Source: Eubacteriales bacterium (GTDB lineage Bacteria; Bacillota; Clostridia; Oscillospirales; SIG627). From it: 64,000 bases of DNA. The notes beneath the pieces are model-generated. The model had not been told where the DNA came from. It did no database searches and worked only from the letters and a program-made list of their open reading frames with translations. The stretch lies in the NCBI GenBank assembly GCA_045631145.1, contig JAZQUE010000074.1:3065-67064 (forward strand), read 5' to 3'. The translations under genes were made by a program, and so were the position numbers. Shown here in pieces: positions 36,386-45,381 of this stretch. Within the stretch, counting starts at the first letter, position 1. Each line of letters opens with the position of its first letter.

Positions 36386-36401
36386 TTATATTTGCACCGT
36401 G
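36386..36401 (+). promoter_or_regulatory. promoter core TTATATTTGCACCGTG (contains -7 box TATATTTG) for the + strand accessory module
   Basis: The identical 16-mer occurs on the minus strand at 60394-60409, upstream of the early operon. A TTTG at 36362-36365 could be the -33 element. Confidence 0.55.
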
Positions 36402-36443
36402 TTTATGAGGTAAACACTTTGATAACCCAAAAATAACAGAAAG

Positions 36444-36683
36444 ATGAAAGCAACAGCATTGAACTATACAACAGCCGAAATCAACCGCAACTACCGCATT
36501 AAGGTTTCAGGTATCGATAACAACGGTAACAAAATCCACAAACTCGTTGGCGTATCGAGAGCGATTGACCTTATCGGCATTGAAATGTTGAATAAGTTTC
36601 TTGACAGAGCAGCCAACTGTATGGAGGACGTTTGTGTATGCAAGCTCCGCAGGGGTATCAAATTCAGTTTCTACAACAAGTAA
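36444..36683 (+). CDS. hypothetical protein (79 aa)
   Basis: First ORF after the promoter. No motif recognised. Confidence 0.45.
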   Translation: MKATALNYTTAEINRNYRIKVSGIDNNGNKIHKLVGVSRAIDLIGIEMLNKFLDRAANCMEDVCVCKLRRGIKFSFYNK

Positions 36684-36704
36684 TAACCAATAAATGACAG
36701 CGAT

Positions 36705-36953
36705 ATGTATAGCAAGATTACGAAACTTGAATTCGTTTTTAACGAAGTTTTCGACGCTCACCCGTTTGTGAAAATGCTTATGGATTCAGCTATCACAGAT
36801 TTGACAATGAGCACATCAGCACAGGACTACACCTGCACAGTGGTTTATGAGATTGACGAGGGCTGTATCGACCCACAGGACGCAATCGACGATGACTTGG
36901 ATTTTCTGCGAGGCGAGAATATAACCCCGAAGTCTTACCGCATAATCGAATAA
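36705..36953 (+). CDS. hypothetical acidic protein (82 aa)
   Basis: Clean ORF. Asp/Glu-rich C-terminal half. Confidence 0.45.
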   Translation: MYSKITKLEFVFNEVFDAHPFVKMLMDSAITDLTMSTSAQDYTCTVVYEIDEGCIDPQDAIDDDLDFLRGENITPKSYRIIE

Positions 36954-36956
36954 CCT

Positions 36957-37076
36957 ATGGCACAGATCATCGAAGCAGCATATCTATCAGGATTTGAACC
37001 AAGCTCGGACAACCTGACACCCGCCGCCCTGTATGAGGAGGCACAGGAGTATCTATTGAATTCAATCAGTTTTTAA
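36957..37076 (+). CDS. possible small ORF (39 aa)
   Basis: ATG 3 nt after the previous stop. MAQIIEAAYLSGFEPSSDNLTPAALYEEAQEYLLNSISF. Below the ORF-track size threshold. Confidence 0.3.
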   Translation: MAQIIEAAYLSGFEPSSDNLTPAALYEEAQEYLLNSISF

Positions 37077-37097
37077 CCCAATAACAGTTTTTCAATT

Positions 37098-38243
37098 ATG
37101 ACACAGCAAGCAACAATGAGCCACCAAGAGGGCTTGAACGAAGTAGTGATGAACAAAGTTCAGAGAATGATTGACGGTAAAGCCGTCGGAGTACAGGCAA
37201 CAATGGAACGCCTTATCAACGAGGGAAAGATAGCACAGGACTATATCGCACCCCTCGGCGTTGAATTGAAGCGAAACGACCACACGCCTGTTATCACGTT
37301 CAACGGCGACGAGGGCTTGAAGATGAATATGCCCGACGGACAGTTCTCGCTCCACGCAAATGCAATCGGACAGCTCGCCGACCGTATGGGTATTCCGCAG
37401 CGTTACCTCCGCACACTTGCGGGAGGGGCTGAATGGCAGATAGCCCTCGCCGCTACAATGTTGAACGAGCACAGCGGTTGGACGCAGCGAAGCCGTGTTC
37501 TCGTGAGAACCGTCGGCACACAGGTAAGAGGTGTTTTAAGCGACAGCTACCGCCGCCTGAACAGCGTTGAAATCCTGACCGCCTTTGTTCAGGAAGCCGC
37601 ACAGCAGGGGGCGGTTATCTCGGACGCTTATATGAATGACACGAAAGTATGGGCGGAAACGATACTCCCGCAGCCGCTTGTTATCCCGACAGCCAAGAAT
37701 GGCGATGTGATAATCTTCGCAGGGGCACGATTCAGCACCTCGGACTACGGCGACGGAGCAGTTGATATGCGTTCGTTCCTGTTGAACGGGGCTTGCCTCA
37801 ATGGTATGGTTCGAGAGAGCGTTATGAAGCAGGTACACCTCGGTTCGAAGCTCCCTGACAACCTCCGACTATCACAGGAAACCTACGAGCTTGACACGAA
37901 GACAACCGTATCAGCCGTTAGGGACTTGACATCGGGACTGTTCAGCCGTGACACGCTCATGCAGAAAGCCTACGAGATACAGGGGGCAAGCGAAATGGAA
38001 GTTGACCTCGACCGTGAGTTGAACAACCTCACGAAGAACGGACACCTGCTGAAACAGGAGGGACAGGAAGTTCAGAAAATCCTGATGAGGAACGACCCCG
38101 AGGACGGCGTTCAGGGAGCAGCCACCCTTTGGAAACTGACACAGGCTATCACGGCTCACGCCCGAGAGCTTACGCCTGAAAGAAGCCGTGAACTACACGA
38201 AATTTCAGGTTCATTGATGAACAGGGTTAAATTACACGCATAA
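37098..38243 (+). CDS. DUF932-family protein (phage/plasmid-like protein)
   Basis: HANAIGQLADRMGIPQRYLRTL and RVLVRTVGTQVRGVLSDSYRRLNSVEIL match the conserved DUF932 pattern. Confidence 0.65.
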   Translation: MTQQATMSHQEGLNEVVMNKVQRMIDGKAVGVQATMERLINEGKIAQDYIAPLGVELKRNDHTPVITFNGDEGLKMNMPDGQFSLHANAIGQLADRMGIPQRYLRTLAGGAEWQIALAATMLNEHSGWTQRSRVLVRTVGTQVRGVLSDSYRRLNSVEILTAFVQEAAQQGAVISDAYMNDTKVWAETILPQPLVIPTAKNGDVIIFAGARFSTSDYGDGAVDMRSFLLNGACLNGMVRESVMKQVHLGSKLPDNLRLSQETYELDTKTTVSAVRDLTSGLFSRDTLMQKAYEIQGASEMEVDLDRELNNLTKNGHLLKQEGQEVQKILMRNDPEDGVQGAATLWKLTQAITAHARELTPERSRELHEISGSLMNRVKLHA

Positions 38244-38305
38244 AAGACAATCGCCCGCCATTCGGCTTGAAAACAGCGTGAGTGGCGGGCATAACTTTCC
38301 ACAAT

Positions 38306-38773
38306 ATGGCAGACAATATCAAGACATTACCAAGCGGCTTGCAGTACAGCCGTGATTTCAGCGAGTATGACGGTTGTGTGGTTATGCACAACGCCAAGAC
38401 AATCAACCGTTACAGGGAGCTGCAGGAGGAGAAGTCGAAACAGGACTGTTACCGCTATGACTGTTTCTTCGCTTTCAGTAACCAACAGTTCGCCGAGGGA
38501 TTGAAGAAGATACGCCCATTGAAAGAGGGGGAGAAGCTCGTCAGCGTCGGAGCGGGTATGTACGGCACACGTGACGGGGTTGATAAGTTCTTCGCCGCCT
38601 ATGACGAAATCGACAAGCGTATCAAACAGGAATGCGACCCGCAGGAGGTTTACTTCTATGAGTACAACAATCACGAGAGTATGATTTCGTGGGACGGGGA
38701 CGCTGAACCGTTCAAGATTATCAGGAGGATATGGGGCGACGAAACAGCCGCTAAAATCGTAAGACTTCCATAA
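38306..38773 (+). CDS. hypothetical protein (155 aa)
   Basis: ATG at 38306 preferred over the GTG at 38282. No motif recognised. Confidence 0.5.
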   Translation: MADNIKTLPSGLQYSRDFSEYDGCVVMHNAKTINRYRELQEEKSKQDCYRYDCFFAFSNQQFAEGLKKIRPLKEGEKLVSVGAGMYGTRDGVDKFFAAYDEIDKRIKQECDPQEVYFYEYNNHESMISWDGDAEPFKIIRRIWGDETAAKIVRLP

Positions 38774-38880
38774 CAATTCTATAACAATGTTATAACGGTG
38801 TTATACGATGTTAATAACAACGGGATAACTATAAGAGAAGAGAATAGAAGAGAATAGAAGAAAAGAGAATATATATATAT
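38771..38880. repeat. composite repeat cluster: ATAAC/GTTAT half-sites, GAAGAGAATA iterons and an (AT)n tract
   Basis: ataacaatgttataac (38781-38796) is the exact reverse complement of 53986-54001. gaagagaata occurs at 38837-38846 and 38847-38856. atatatatat at 38871-38880. Confidence 0.7.
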
Positions 38881-38941
38881 CGCTTAATAAATTAAGCTCG
38901 TATAAAATCGCCCCCTGTTCAGGGGCAAAAATCAAAAAACT

Positions 38942-39160
38942 ATGGCAAAAAAGAATTTCAAAATCAGAGCAAAGTTCGTATTTGACGGACAGGTAATCAT
39001 CAGGGCAAACAACAGACAGGAGGCGGAGGCGGCTGCAGAAAAATATATCGCCGCACACCTCGGGAACGTTCAGCCACTCGACGAGTGTATCAAGGATTGG
39101 GATTTCAGCTTGAAATCTTCGACAGTCGTAAACCGTAAGCGTGAGGAGGCAGGATTATGA
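38942..39160 (+). CDS. hypothetical protein (72 aa)
   Basis: Clean ORF. Its stop overlaps the next start (ATGA at 39157). Confidence 0.45.
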   Translation: MAKKNFKIRAKFVFDGQVIIRANNRQEAEAAAEKYIAAHLGNVQPLDECIKDWDFSLKSSTVVNRKREEAGL

Positions 39161-39717
39161 CAACAGTAAGCAGCGAACAATACGAGAGCTTGAAAAAGAA
39201 GCTCCGCAAGTTACAGGCTCTTGCCGAACAGGGTTACAGGGGCGAGGCTGAAAACGCCCGCCGAGCAATCGAAAGAATCTGCGAACAGTACGGGTTGAAG
39301 ATTGAAGACATCTTGGATATCGAAACCAAACACCGATACACGTTCGAGATAGGACGGGCAAAGGAAATGATGAACTTGTTTATCCGCTGCCTGTCGGCGG
39401 TCTGTGATACAACCGATATGGGGTATTGGAAGCCTACACGGTCGTCGATAAAAGTTGAACTGACAGCCCTGCAATATGCCGAGGTTTCAAGCCTGTTCGG
39501 GTGGCATAAGGAGAACTACAAACGTGAGTTGGAGGAGTTCGAGCGGTCGTTTATGAGTGCGTACATCGGGAAACACAACCTGTATTTCGACGAAGAACGA
39601 AACTACAAAGGGGAAGACGAGGAACTGACAGAGGAAGACATAGCCCGCTTGCGTCGTGTATTGAAAATGCGTGAGGCTATGAGCGATAACACTTACCACA
39701 AACTGTTGGAGGCGTAA
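39157..39717 (+). CDS. DUF2786-like protein
   Basis: N-terminus KKKLRKLQALAEQGYRGEAENARRAIERICEQYGL fits the DUF2786 helical motif. Confidence 0.5.
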   Translation: MTTVSSEQYESLKKKLRKLQALAEQGYRGEAENARRAIERICEQYGLKIEDILDIETKHRYTFEIGRAKEMMNLFIRCLSAVCDTTDMGYWKPTRSSIKVELTALQYAEVSSLFGWHKENYKRELEEFERSFMSAYIGKHNLYFDEERNYKGEDEELTEEDIARLRRVLKMREAMSDNTYHKLLEA

Positions 39718-39719
39718 CA

Positions 39720-39962
39720 ATGAAGAAAGAGCATATTTATCGGGTGGCTTTCAATGAGCCGCCCATTCAGGACGACGACCGCACGGAGTTTTTCTTTACC
39801 TCTCTGTCGGCGATATATGAGGAGTTCACGCCTGATCAGGTGGGCTGCAAGGTTACACGCCTTTGGAATATCGGCGTATCAGGTGGAACTCCCTACGAGG
39901 GGGCGAAATGTAAAATTACTCGTGAACCCCTACGGAGTAAGAGCCAAAATAAGCCGATTTGA
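39720..39962 (+). CDS. hypothetical protein (80 aa)
   Basis: Starts 2 nt after the previous stop. Confidence 0.45.
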   Translation: MKKEHIYRVAFNEPPIQDDDRTEFFFTSLSAIYEEFTPDQVGCKVTRLWNIGVSGGTPYEGAKCKITREPLRSKSQNKPI

Positions 39963-40245
39963 GCCGTTTCGAGTGTTGGGATAATAAAACCCTCGCTCGA
40001 CGAAAGAAAAGGCGACAGCGGGGCTAAAACGGGGCGAATTTGGGGTGTTTGCGATTATATTGTAATCAGGTTTTCAGACCTACCTCGATTTTGCCCTGTT
40101 TCCGTTCGGCTTACAGAGGCGTTTCAGGAGGAACAGGCGACGACACGCAGAAACCGCCCAAATTCAGGCGAACGGGAGCGGGGATAATAACTTGCCCTAT
40201 GAAAACATTTGAAGCCGACAGACGGCGATTTCGAGAAAAATAACG

Positions 40246-40253
40246 TAATTTTG
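40246..40253 (+). promoter_or_regulatory. -7 promoter box TAATTTTG
   Basis: Matches TAnnTTTG. Lies 23 nt upstream of the ATG at 40276. Confidence 0.4.
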
Positions 40254-40275
40254 CAACATCAAAAGCAGCAAGAGT

Positions 40276-40497
40276 ATGACAAATGAAGAATTGCAGGAGA
40301 TTATGAACAACCCAAACGGTATATCTCCCGAAGATGTCGATAGAATTTGGGACGATTTGAAAGCCCGTGACGCTCGTCGTGAGGCAGAGTTCAACGCCTT
40401 GCCCGAGGAGGAAAGAAAACGCCTCGAAAGAGAGTTTTCCGACCCGTCGCTTGACAGGTTTATAGAAGACCCCTTGGGAGGCGATGATGAAGATTAA
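40276..40497 (+). CDS. small acidic hypothetical protein (73 aa)
   Basis: Clean ORF converging on the gp7-ART gene. Its stop overlaps that gene's stop region. Confidence 0.45.
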   Translation: MTNEELQEIMNNPNGISPEDVDRIWDDLKARDARREAEFNALPEEERKRLEREFSDPSLDRFIEDPLGGDDED

Positions 40498-42182
40498 ATC
40501 TCTGTCAGGTAGAAAACATATCTACCGTCTTCAATTTCCAATTTATCAAATCTAAATTCGCAACCGCTATCAAACAGCACTTCACGTTGGTTGGACTTTC
40601 CTGTGAAGCGTCCTCCGAACTGTGAGAAATCCTCAATCGGGTGTCCTGACTTGCCTCGTATAACAAGCAGAACATCCGTTTCATTTTTCTTTGGCTTGCT
40701 GTTGGCACGGAAATCAATAGCAGCTTGACGATCTAAACTTGTTGATGTGAATCCCTTAAAAACGGCAGTTTCTTTTTTCCCTGCCAAAGATAGATATTCC
40801 CCTAAATTCGTCTTGTTCAAACGCACTTTCCTGTAAACCGTTTCAGTGGTTGTTTCCAATTTGGAAAGACCCTGTGACAAGAGCTGTGAAAATGCCTCGT
40901 TGAACTCCGATAGACTCCCTTTGCGGAGTTGATTGTTCAACTGACGGAACGCTGCACCCTCGCCCTTTGTGTAGTGGTAGATAGCAGCCTTTTCCGTGTT
41001 CGGGATTTCAGGATATTTTCTTTGTAGGAAAATGCCGAGGGATTCCTGCATAGCCTCGTTGGTTTTCCTTGCCCGTGTGAATTTTCGTTCGGCTTTCGTG
41101 TAGGTATCAACCTCGAACCCTCGGACGTACTGCGGGTTATGCCTGATGAAATACGGCATAGACGACCAACCCTTTGCCCGTTCTTTGTTGTCCTCTACCC
41201 AAGTATTGAACTGCTCGGGAACGTCGCCGACGGTGTTCACGCTCCGTGTACTGACGGGTTGCCCTGCCATAATACGCCTGTTGTCCTCCGCCATTTCTTC
41301 GGGCGTTTTCAGGATTGTTACGACGTGGCAGCGACAATGCGGGTGCCAACCTACGAACTTGAAATCTTTCGGGTATTTCCCTTTCAGAAAATCGCAAATG
41401 TCCTCAAACGGTACGCCGTTGAGCGTATGGTTGTTCGATAGGCGTATTTCAATGCCGACGACAAAATCAAGCTGCTGCCAACGGACATAATCAGCCGTGC
41501 GGTAAGCCATATTCGTTTCTGTCACAGCGAGGCGGCGGGCGTTTTTGTAGCTGCTTCGGTACACTCCCTGCCCTGGGTGGAAAGCCTGTGCCGCCTTTGA
41601 AAGTTGCAGAACACCGTGCTCATCACGGACACGTCGAAACAGTTTGTCAGGGTAACGGAGGTATTGTCGAAGCTCTCGGCTCAATTCATCAGCCGACAAC
41701 CCGTCACGCAGCCCGATGTCAATACCCATTTCGATTTCAGACTTGAACTGTTCCGTGTACCGCCACACCCTGTCGGAAAGGTTCATTCCTGCCGTCTTTC
41801 TCTCGACGAAAGCCTGTCGGGCTGTGTCGTTGGAGCTGTAATACTTTCTGCTCTGTTCTTCCGTCAGGTTCTCGGCATTGTCCCCGAAAACTTGGTTTGC
41901 GAGTTCGCTGTTCTTGTTGTTCGCCAACGTCCACTCACTTTCAATGCCGTTCACGATAACCGCTGTAAGGTTGTTTTTCAGCCCCGACAACAGCTTTTCA
42001 ACTCTTTTCCGTGTAACAGGATAGTCAGCGAATGAAAACGGCTTGTCGGGCTTGACAACGCCCGCAGACGAAGCGACAGCAGCAGCCTCACGGGCAGCGG
42101 ATTGAAATATCTTATCAATCTGCCGCTCGTATGAAGTCACGTTCTGTTGATGTCGTTTTTCCCATTTATCCAATCGTGCCAT
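40494..42182 (-). CDS. head morphogenesis protein (SPP1 gp7 / Mu F-like) fused to a C-terminal ADP-ribosyltransferase domain
   Basis: gp7 motif VGWHPHCRCHVVTIL. ART R-S-E elements VYRKVRL, FKGFTSTSLD and NQREVLFDSG. Start chosen at MARLDKWEKRH. Confidence 0.75.
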   Translation of the reverse strand: MARLDKWEKRHQQNVTSYERQIDKIFQSAAREAAAVASSAGVVKPDKPFSFADYPVTRKRVEKLLSGLKNNLTAVIVNGIESEWTLANNKNSELANQVFGDNAENLTEEQSRKYYSSNDTARQAFVERKTAGMNLSDRVWRYTEQFKSEIEMGIDIGLRDGLSADELSRELRQYLRYPDKLFRRVRDEHGVLQLSKAAQAFHPGQGVYRSSYKNARRLAVTETNMAYRTADYVRWQQLDFVVGIEIRLSNNHTLNGVPFEDICDFLKGKYPKDFKFVGWHPHCRCHVVTILKTPEEMAEDNRRIMAGQPVSTRSVNTVGDVPEQFNTWVEDNKERAKGWSSMPYFIRHNPQYVRGFEVDTYTKAERKFTRARKTNEAMQESLGIFLQRKYPEIPNTEKAAIYHYTKGEGAAFRQLNNQLRKGSLSEFNEAFSQLLSQGLSKLETTTETVYRKVRLNKTNLGEYLSLAGKKETAVFKGFTSTSLDRQAAIDFRANSKPKKNETDVLLVIRGKSGHPIEDFSQFGGRFTGKSNQREVLFDSGCEFRFDKLEIEDGRYVFYLTEI

Positions 42183-42390
42183 TGTCTGTACGCTGTTTGA
42201 AATGTTCGCACTGTGGGTCTGACAGGAACTTGCACCACCTGCCAAACTCGGTTTTCTCGTCGAGCTTGCAACGGCAAAGTATCAGATGTCCGTCGAGGGC
42301 TTTACTGTGCCAATCATAGCTGTTAGCACAATCCCTACACCTGAACTTCGGCTGCTCCGCCTGTTTCCTGTTCTGAACCCTCTTTGCCAT
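42166..42390 (-). CDS. small zinc-ribbon protein
   Basis: CRDC...WHSK...CRC...CEHF Cys/His pattern. Lies between the portal and gp7 genes. Confidence 0.45.
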   Translation of the reverse strand: MAKRVQNRKQAEQPKFRCRDCANSYDWHSKALDGHLILCRCKLDEKTEFGRWCKFLSDPQCEHFKQRTDNGTIG

Positions 42391-42393
42391 ACG

Positions 42394-43788
42394 TTACTCG
42401 GTTAGGTTAAAACTGTCCTGCATACTTTCCTCGGCGATTTCTTTCATCGTCTGATCTACGTCGCTGCTGTGTCCGTATTCCTCGATACTTTCACGCTGCG
42501 ACATAATCGGCTTGCCTCCGTTGGCTGTTACGAGGTTCGTGATAGTGTCTTTCTCGTCCGTGATTGTGAACGGGGTGATAACGGTCTTTACAGACAGTGC
42601 GTCAATGTCAGCGTGGTAGGCTTCTCCGAGCATAACTTTTGCGAACGCCTTGATAACGTTCGTTTCACGGTCGAACATTTCCAACAGGCGACCGCTTTCG
42701 TCCTTGACTTTCATCTGTGCGTCAATGAAAAGCTGCTTGCGGCTCTCACCCGATAGGGCTTGCTGCGACATTTTCTCATACGACCAATCAGGAAGCTGCA
42801 GGAGGGTAAAGAACAGGGTACGCAATTCCCCGACATAGTATTTCAGGTTCTCGACAGCCTGTTGCCAAGTGATGTACTGTGCTGTACTGCCTTTCGGATA
42901 TTGCATAACAGCCTTGAACTCCTTGTTAGGCGATTTCTCGTCGCCGTAGCTTATCGCTTCATCAGCGAACACGACGAAAAGCGGCTTGGAGTTTTCACGC
43001 AGGTAGTTTCCGTCACGGCTCAACGCCCACTCAATCTCATAGACGATATTCGAGTTGTCCTCCCAAATCGGTGTCGGGCGGTAGGCATAGACAGCGGGGA
43101 TTTTGCCGATAACAGTAATGTCCTCATTCTCGACTTCCTCCCAATCTCCGTTGGCGTTGCTCCATTTGATATGCTTGTTTGACGTGTAGGTGTCGAAATA
43201 CTGAATGAGCTTCTTTCCACTCTTACGGCTGTACCCGATAGACATTGCAATCATATCGCCGTACTCGTCAAACAACGGGTACAGGTCGTCGCCTAACATC
43301 GGGGTAAAGTTCCTGCAACGGAGCTTCAACAAAGACTTCTTGCCGTCGTACAGGGTGTTTTCCTGTTCAACAGCATACCACAGTGTCAGCACCTCACAAC
43401 CCGCAAAGAGCATATTCAGACGGTCGGTATTTACGCTGTCAATGCGGTTTTTCTCATAGATAGCCTCAATGAAAGCGGCAATGTCCTTTTGCTTGTCGTT
43501 CTGTGGCTTGTACACTCGCTTGATAGGAATGCCACAGACAAGCTCCGTCATACGCTTTGTGGCGAGGCGTTGCAGGTCACAGGTTACACGGGTTACAGGC
43601 TGTATGCCGTCCTCCGTTACGATGTCAGGGTACTTCGCTTTGCTCATTACAGGGTGTTTCTTGGGGTCGAACTCCTGCGACAAGCCGTTACGTCCCGACC
43701 AAATGGGGACGATGATTGCTTTTTCTTTCAACGCCGCAATGATGTTGGCAGCGTTATTTCCCGAGTTGAGAATTTCTTCGATTGTCAT
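42394..43788 (-). CDS. portal protein
   Basis: 464 aa, immediately downstream of the large terminase. Size and position fit an SPP1-type portal. Confidence 0.7.
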   Translation of the reverse strand: MTIEEILNSGNNAANIIAALKEKAIIVPIWSGRNGLSQEFDPKKHPVMSKAKYPDIVTEDGIQPVTRVTCDLQRLATKRMTELVCGIPIKRVYKPQNDKQKDIAAFIEAIYEKNRIDSVNTDRLNMLFAGCEVLTLWYAVEQENTLYDGKKSLLKLRCRNFTPMLGDDLYPLFDEYGDMIAMSIGYSRKSGKKLIQYFDTYTSNKHIKWSNANGDWEEVENEDITVIGKIPAVYAYRPTPIWEDNSNIVYEIEWALSRDGNYLRENSKPLFVVFADEAISYGDEKSPNKEFKAVMQYPKGSTAQYITWQQAVENLKYYVGELRTLFFTLLQLPDWSYEKMSQQALSGESRKQLFIDAQMKVKDESGRLLEMFDRETNVIKAFAKVMLGEAYHADIDALSVKTVITPFTITDEKDTITNLVTANGGKPIMSQRESIEEYGHSSDVDQTMKEIAEESMQDSFNLTE

Positions 43789-43806
43789 ACTGATATGAAT
43801 TATTGA

Positions 43807-45381
43807 TTAGCGTCTTACAATTCTTGCCAAACGGTTTATGTCAATTGCCTTGCGGCTGTTTATCGGATAGAACGTGTTGGCGAGTGCGTCGAACTTGTCA
43901 GGCGAACGTCCGAGGCGTTCCTTGATGTCTTCCTTTGGCTCGATGATTATCTTTCCGTCAGAGCGGAACGACCAACGTATCTCGGTTGCTTCCTCGTCGA
44001 ACTTATCGTCAGGCGGCAACATAGCCCCTGTTTCGTTTTTCGGGTTCAGCCAATCACGGATAGCCCAAAAGAGCCAAGCTCGCATATTCACGAACCCGTA
44101 CTGCCCTGTAATATCCGTCATATCCTTGCCGCTCGCCGTCTTTGCCGCTTCACTGTATTTGCAGCTGATGATATGGGCTTCTCCGTCAAGCTCCACACAA
44201 CGGCTGTAAACTCCTGCACCCTCGCCAATGGTATCAATGCTCACGAACAGGTCAGGCTCGTGTCGGCGGGCTGATATAATCTGTCCCGCAACCGCCATGT
44301 GGTCAGCAGAACCGCCCGAGTTGTGCGTCTTGAACTCGCCAACCCAATTGCCTTTCCTTTCAACGAAACAGGTACAGTCACGTCCCATACCCGCCACATC
44401 GACACCAAGAATTCGAGCGTCCTGTCCGAGAGGTTCCCGCCCGTGTGCCATTCTCCAACGCTCGTGTGCGAGGTCGAGCCACTGTTGCGGAATAAGAACA
44501 TCGTCGCCGACTTTCGGAAACTTACCGAGAACCTTTTTGCGGAACAGGTCTTCGGGTCTGTACCAACGCCCCTCAAACTGAAAGTCGTCGAACTCCTCTC
44601 TGACCTCCGCTTCGGTTATCGGCGTACACCATTGTTCGAGCTTGTCAGCCACCCACTCATAGTCCACCTGACCTGGGATTATGATACGTTTTTCAAGCAC
44701 ATTCGGGGCTGTCAGGCTATTTAGACGGAACTTTGCCCAACGGTCGCCCTTTTGGCTCTTGGCTGCATATCCGACAGGGGTGTTCGGGTTGAACACGAGA
44801 AGAATACGGCTGTCGCCTTGCAGGTTACCCTCAATAGCGGCAAAGGTGTCGTCGCTGACACCCGAAGCCTCGGTAACGACAAACATTGTGTGGACGGCGT
44901 GGAAACCTGACCACGCTTCGTGGTTATGCTCGTCCGCCTTGAAACCTGTCAAGAACCACTCCTCGTTGTCCGTTCTGATGTCGTAGGTGTTGAGCCGTCC
45001 TGTAAGTTGTATGCCACGAGCCTTTGCCCTGTTATACAGGCGGCTGATTTCGGGCATCATAATGTTCTTTACCTGACGGTCTGTCGGGGCTGTTAGGGCT
45101 ACTTTCGTGTTCTCTATCAGTTCCCTGTTCCTGTTCCAACGGGGTGTGAGGTAGAGGAATGAAACGGCAGCACAAGCGGCTACGAAGTCCTTACCTCGGG
45201 CTGTGCCTGACGCAACAGATGTACGGGGATTGAACTGTACGGAGGACAGGATTTCCTGCTGCTCACGGTCGAGCGTAACGCCGAGAGCGTCACGGACGAA
45301 CCTGTTCCAATCAGCCCGCCAAGAGTTCATCAGGGCTATTCCCCGCTTACGCATTATTTCATCACTCAACCTGTTAGCCAT
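43807..45381 (-). CDS. terL: terminase large subunit
   Basis: N-terminal ATPase region (SVASGTARGKDFVAACA, ILLVFNPNT). C-terminal RNase H-like nuclease motif ILGVDVAGMGRDCTCFV. Confidence 0.8.
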   Translation of the reverse strand: MANRLSDEIMRKRGIALMNSWRADWNRFVRDALGVTLDREQQEILSSVQFNPRTSVASGTARGKDFVAACAAVSFLYLTPRWNRNRELIENTKVALTAPTDRQVKNIMMPEISRLYNRAKARGIQLTGRLNTYDIRTDNEEWFLTGFKADEHNHEAWSGFHAVHTMFVVTEASGVSDDTFAAIEGNLQGDSRILLVFNPNTPVGYAAKSQKGDRWAKFRLNSLTAPNVLEKRIIIPGQVDYEWVADKLEQWCTPITEAEVREEFDDFQFEGRWYRPEDLFRKKVLGKFPKVGDDVLIPQQWLDLAHERWRMAHGREPLGQDARILGVDVAGMGRDCTCFVERKGNWVGEFKTHNSGGSADHMAVAGQIISARRHEPDLFVSIDTIGEGAGVYSRCVELDGEAHIISCKYSEAAKTASGKDMTDITGQYGFVNMRAWLFWAIRDWLNPKNETGAMLPPDDKFDEEATEIRWSFRSDGKIIIEPKEDIKERLGRSPDKFDALANTFYPINSRKAIDINRLARIVRR

